Below are positions 59,793 through 64,000 of a stretch of DNA of 64,000 bases, one piece after another. Both the position numbers and the translations under genes were made by a program. Location of the stretch: the NCBI GenBank assembly GCA_963675295.2, contig CAXXKJ010000002.1, forward strand, positions 1,440,001 through 1,504,000, in the 5' to 3' direction. The stretch's first letter is position 1. The number at the start of each line of letters is the position of its first letter. The DNA comes from a bacterium (GTDB lineage: Bacteria; Electryoneota; Electryoneia; Electryoneales; Electryoneaceae). The notes beneath the pieces are model-generated. The model searched no databases and had not been told where the DNA came from. It saw only the letters and a program-made list of their open reading frames with translations.

Positions 59793-60353
59793 GTGATATA
59801 CTACATGTGGGAAAGTGGAAACGAGTTGCTTGATGCAGCTATAAAATTTGTCACAATCGATGGCAAAGTCGCACCTTATGGTCACTGGAATAGTATATAC
59901 GAGTTCATAATAAATTCAAATGATAAGAACTTAGATATTCCTGGACTTCCGGGACTTGCAGAGCCATTAGTAGCAACGGAGGCATTATGTGTGCAATTAC
60001 GCCGAGCAGAAGAATTAGGAATTCTTGAGAAAGTCATATCTTTGTTACTTGAAATACCGGATGAAGATTGGTATTGTGATGGCCCAGATTCTCCAGAGGA
60101 ACGGTACTACGATGTTAAGTTAAAGCTCCAAAATATTGACGAAGCTGAAGAGCATTTACGCAAAGAATATGACATATTATTAGATCGTATAAATATTTAC
60201 AGCGTTTTTGCGAAAAATAGTGTAGAGGGAAGTGAAAAACGGTTAGCTGAAGAGAAAAATAAGATCAAACTTGTTGAATCAATGTTAACCAGTATTTCGG
60301 AATGGCAAAATATGTCTGATAAATACTTAAAAGAGTTGCGTAGAACATATTAG
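59793..60353 (+). CDS. Hypothetical protein with coiled-coil C-terminus
   Basis: 186-aa ORF with GAGG RBS; no recognised motif. Confidence 0.6.
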   Translation: MIYYMWESGNELLDAAIKFVTIDGKVAPYGHWNSIYEFIINSNDKNLDIPGLPGLAEPLVATEALCVQLRRAEELGILEKVISLLLEIPDEDWYCDGPDSPEERYYDVKLKLQNIDEAEEHLRKEYDILLDRINIYSVFAKNSVEGSEKRLAEEKNKIKLVESMLTSISEWQNMSDKYLKELRRTY

Positions 60354-60519
60354 AGCAATAAATAATAAAGTGGGTTAAGAATTTCGCTATTGTAGTTGGC
60401 AAGAGGTCCTTAGATTAAGGTTCCAGCTTGGCTTATTTGCACAATAGGAATCAAAGATAGAACACCAGCCAGCCGATTTTCCTTGGGACAATATCACAAT
60501 TAATTCTCATTGCACGCTT

Positions 60520-63500
60520 TCACTGTTTCAACTCTACCCATCCGCGGACCTTGTCTATACACCAGTCAATCTGTTCGCGAAGCTGGTAAACCCAGAATCG
60601 TTGCACGTCCCATCCAAGTTCGATCATGCGTAGGTTACGCATCTGATCTCTTCGGCAAAGTTCACCATCCCAGGCACGGTGGTATGTTTCTCCGTCCACT
60701 TCAATGTTGAGCCGCCGGTCTCCATCGTAGAGCGCAAAATCCAGGATATACTTTTCCACCGGAACCTGCGGAACCGGTCGAAATCCAGCTTGATAAAGCT
60801 TCTTGTAAAAGTATCGTTCCCAATCCGATACAATCTCAGGCTGCGATACGGTTGGATATTCAGGTCCAAGATCAGGTATTTCTGGTCGTTTATCCACTTC
60901 GGTGCGTTTGTCTAGCTCATATACATACGAGGAAAACTGCCTCAAGTACTTGATGTCTTCGTTGTTCGCCGCATTTCTATCGCCGACGACAATCAGTGCC
61001 GCACGAGCCCGTGTTACAGCCACGTTGAATAGATTGGAGCTTGTGCCCATGAACCATCGAGCACCTCGTGTGGTTCCCGAAGAGATCACTGGTGAAAAGA
61101 TCATGATGTCCTTTTCATCACCCTGAAATGAATGAACGACATCGCAAAGGAAGTCGTGTTCATTCAACCGCTGCTGCAGGGAGTCGTTTTCGGCAACAAA
61201 CCTGTTGATAAGATTAGCGTGAGCCCGGAATGGTGTGACAACACCCACTGTCCCTGCATAACGCTGTTCGATTACAAGCCTAGCAAGTTCATCAACCACT
61301 GCCCTTGCTTCCCGCTTGTTTATTGCACCCCCATTTTGTGGCCTTAGCAACTGTCCTTTTACGTCTATCCAACGGACGGCTGGTCCCTTCAATCCAGGTC
61401 GAATTAGTCTGTCGTAGTGGGTAGCCACACGGAGCCGACCATCGTAGAAGTTGCGATTTGAAAATTCAATGATATCAGCGTGAGACCTATGGTGATCACG
61501 AAGTGCAATGAGTGTAGAAGCAGAAACACGAGTTGATGCAAGATCGAACAGTGAATTCTCTGAGTAGGACCATTCGATGTGATCTGGCACCAGCTCATGT
61601 GATTCCAGCAATTGCTCATCCATTGATGTGGTGATCGACGTGATATGTCGTAACTGCTGAGGATCACCAATGATTACTGCTCTCTTTGCCCTGTATAGCA
61701 GCGGTAAGGCGGAAGCAATGTCACACTGGCTTGCTTCGTCGATGATCAGTAGGTCGAAAAAACCGGGATCCAATGGGACTCTATTTCGTGCACTCAATGC
61801 CGTCACTGCCCAACAAGACAGTTGCCTCGTAACGTTAGGGAACAATCGGTGAAACTCCCGGGCAGTTTTCCCGATATTGCTTCCGCTACCCATCATTCGA
61901 AGTAGAGTATTGAATCGTCCGAGGTCTTGACGCTGTTCATTGGTCAAACGTGCAGGTTGGACGCTGAGCCAAAGATCCCACAGCTTTCTGGACGTCGCCT
62001 CCAGCTCAGGAATCATGCTTGCCCGCTGTCGACTCACATCTTCCAATGCTGGTTCAGAAGACAGACGTTTCAGCTGAGTGATCAATTCTTGCCATGCACG
62101 AGCCTGACGAACTCTCTCCTTTCCAAACTCATAAACTTCCTCCCATTCCGGTAGATTTGGGTCTGATTCTTCTAATACTTGTGGCAACAACACGCCAGCT
62201 TCACCGAATGCAGAAGTGTGCTCTTTCTGCCATCTGCGAAGTTGATCGATACGCCCTTTCTTTACCCATCTCCAGAACAACTGAAAAAGTAGAGCAGCCT
62301 TTTCCTTCCAACATCCGTCCAGTACAAAACGAAATTCTTTGATTACTCCATCTATCTTCTCCAGATCCCACGACTTCAACGTCGAGATCTGATCTGGTGT
62401 CAAAACGTGGCGCCAGCCATCAACTATTCTATCAAGTTCATCTACACGATTTCGCTGATGGACAATTGTATCCAATTGTTGATCGAGCGATTGGATTCGG
62501 GATAGGAGTTGTTTGTAATGCTCGAGTTCGGCATTGAATTTAGAAATGTCTTCTCCGGTACTGGATTGAGATAAGAGCTGCGTCAAATAATCAGATAGTT
62601 CTGAATAGTGTTCTTTTTTTCCTGTACGCAACAGGACCGGCCTTCTGCCAAGAGCGTTCACCCGTGTTTCGACGACATCGACCGCCTTGCTATTCTTACT
62701 TGAAAAAAGGACGCTCATTTGCCGCCAGGCAGCATTCACAAGGATGGCCGAAACCACCTGACTTTTGCCAGTACCGGGTGGGCCGGTAACGACAGTAAGT
62801 GGAGCGGCAAGTGCTGAGTGCACGGCTGTACGCTGCTCGCTGTTTAGCGGCGCTACTTCTAAGAGGACTTCACTATCTAAAGGTTCTTCAGGTATAGATT
62901 TCGTAACATGTATCCACCGCCCCAGGGCGCTCTGCCCGTATTGCTCCTTCGTTGCTTTACGCAATGCTTGTAGTTCTGTTTCAAGTCCCTGGGTGTAATT
63001 TTGGCGTTCCAATGGGATCAGGATTGCACGGTTGTAAATACCGTCTTGTGCAGCTTCCGAAAGCGGCGGTTCGTCTGTAAGGCGGTAGGGATCTGGTTCA
63101 TCCAGCCAGGGCCACTCGGGATGCAGTTCTCGGATCCGTGCAAGGACATCATCGTATTCAGGCAATTCTGCCAAGTGTCGAGTCAGACCTAGCTCTTCAG
63201 CAAGTTCGATAGATTGTTCAAGGATGGATCGCGTATTTCCACTCAACCTTGCAAGGAATTTGTGATTGATGGAAGGTGGTGCATCGTCGATGACGGGTTG
63301 TCCGTTATCGGCACTGATGAAGTGCAGAAATACAGGTTCGACCACTGCGAAGTGATTTCTGTTCGGCAGTCGAATCCAACTCACTAATACCGGATGACCA
63401 AGGCAAAGAACGTTGTTTCTTTGTGCCTGGACCTTCCCCCAAATACTGCGAGCTCTTTCTTCCAAGAATGGATCGTAGTCGCTTGTGAGAGGGTGGGCTG

Positions 63501-63843
63501 GTAATTCCATGTAGTCCGGTTCGCCATACCTGTTGCTCGCATAAGCCGATGCATCTACAGATGATTCCTGATCGATGCAGGAAAGGAAGTATCGACATAA
63601 CTGGCTTAATGGTGTGTTTGCATCATCAGGTTCGCTTTTCTGTTTCTGTCCGACCGAACGACTTCCGGCTATCCACCAGCGGTAGTGATCATCTCTTTCT
63701 ACTTTGCCCCGTAACTGCCCGTAAAGAACACTGTTTACCAGACTCTTATCCTCATCTAGCTCTACCGCGATCTCTCGGGCAGTTCGGCCAGAGTGCTGCT
63801 CAAGGACAGAGATGATCTTCTCGCTGAGATCAGGCTGAGCCAT
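60520..63843 (-). CDS. SF1B (DNA2/NAM7-like) helicase with C-terminal DUF559/Vsr-like endonuclease and N-terminal winged helix
   Basis: GPPGTGKS, IIDEASQ, IGDPQQL, HHRS, VHSFQGDEKD, NVAVTRAR; LDFA...IEVDGETYH...RD..R...LGW.V.RFW. Likely start MAQPD at 63843. Confidence 0.9.
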   Translation of the reverse strand: MAQPDLSEKIISVLEQHSGRTAREIAVELDEDKSLVNSVLYGQLRGKVERDDHYRWWIAGSRSVGQKQKSEPDDANTPLSQLCRYFLSCIDQESSVDASAYASNRYGEPDYMELPAHPLTSDYDPFLEERARSIWGKVQAQRNNVLCLGHPVLVSWIRLPNRNHFAVVEPVFLHFISADNGQPVIDDAPPSINHKFLARLSGNTRSILEQSIELAEELGLTRHLAELPEYDDVLARIRELHPEWPWLDEPDPYRLTDEPPLSEAAQDGIYNRAILIPLERQNYTQGLETELQALRKATKEQYGQSALGRWIHVTKSIPEEPLDSEVLLEVAPLNSEQRTAVHSALAAPLTVVTGPPGTGKSQVVSAILVNAAWRQMSVLFSSKNSKAVDVVETRVNALGRRPVLLRTGKKEHYSELSDYLTQLLSQSSTGEDISKFNAELEHYKQLLSRIQSLDQQLDTIVHQRNRVDELDRIVDGWRHVLTPDQISTLKSWDLEKIDGVIKEFRFVLDGCWKEKAALLFQLFWRWVKKGRIDQLRRWQKEHTSAFGEAGVLLPQVLEESDPNLPEWEEVYEFGKERVRQARAWQELITQLKRLSSEPALEDVSRQRASMIPELEATSRKLWDLWLSVQPARLTNEQRQDLGRFNTLLRMMGSGSNIGKTAREFHRLFPNVTRQLSCWAVTALSARNRVPLDPGFFDLLIIDEASQCDIASALPLLYRAKRAVIIGDPQQLRHITSITTSMDEQLLESHELVPDHIEWSYSENSLFDLASTRVSASTLIALRDHHRSHADIIEFSNRNFYDGRLRVATHYDRLIRPGLKGPAVRWIDVKGQLLRPQNGGAINKREARAVVDELARLVIEQRYAGTVGVVTPFRAHANLINRFVAENDSLQQRLNEHDFLCDVVHSFQGDEKDIMIFSPVISSGTTRGARWFMGTSSNLFNVAVTRARAALIVVGDRNAANNEDIKYLRQFSSYVYELDKRTEVDKRPEIPDLGPEYPTVSQPEIVSDWERYFYKKLYQAGFRPVPQVPVEKYILDFALYDGDRRLNIEVDGETYHRAWDGELCRRDQMRNLRMIELGWDVQRFWVYQLREQIDWCIDKVRGWVELKQ

Positions 63844-64000
63844 GGGCTTCGACGTCCGTTGCAAAGTCAGTTGGTGGTAACTTTGTCCACGCTTCCACCT
63901 CATCATCGGATGCGGTAGTTGGCATGAAATCAGTCGCTTTGATGTTAAGTTTATCAATCCAGTGCTGGAGATCTTCCTTATTCAGTATTGTTACATCCAA
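63830..64000 (-). CDS. C-terminal fragment of an upstream gene (enters from the right edge)
   Basis: Open frame LDVTILNKEDLQHWIDKL...AHGSA* whose stop overlaps the helicase start by 14 nt. Confidence 0.5.
   Translation of the reverse strand: MDVTILNKEDLQHWIDKLNIKATDFMPTTASDDEVEAWTKLPPTDFATDVEAHGSA

Larger units (their letters stand above)
20701..64000. mobile_element. tRNA-Ser-integrated genomic island (integrase + primase-helicase core, defence and secreted cargo); right end outside the window
   Basis: Integrase starts ~90 bp after the tRNA 3' end; abrupt drop in GC; satellite-type replication module; cargo rich in nucleases, helicases and MTase. No second copy of the tRNA 3' end found by eye. 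Confidence 0.85.

Noticed and set aside
20793-64000. Intact prophage or ICE
   Set aside because: No structural, lysis, terminase, relaxase or T4SS genes recognised.

Overview
The left third (1 to ~20700) is GC-rich host chromosome of a probable FCB-group bacterium; its many secreted proteins end in a YPNPFN-type T9SS sorting domain. It holds an alkaline phosphatase, a DUF3857/transglutaminase pair, FG-GAP proteins, a YidD-like gene, a structured non-coding segment, metE-yitJ, a sulfotransferase, a DHH-like phosphoesterase and tRNA-Ser(UGA). Directly after the tRNA a lower-GC integrated element begins and runs off the right edge (>43 kb, no attR seen). Its core is a tyrosine integrase, HTH proteins, an AEP primase-helicase and an iteron-like origin. 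Cargo: three T9SS-type secreted proteins with shared DNA ends, then a large defence-island-like region. That region has two diverged copies of an ABC-ATPase(DUF3696) + HDR/PLD-like gene pair, each preceded by a small 'EWW' ORF or its remnant. It also has a NERD-helicase, a split type ISP-like R-M pair, a TA-like pair, several PD-(D/E)XK nucleases, a glycine-zipper pair with 22-aa repeats, a BIVM-like papain-fold protein and an SF1 helicase-nuclease with a Z-alpha-like N-terminus. All family calls come from motif recognition by eye; no searches were run.
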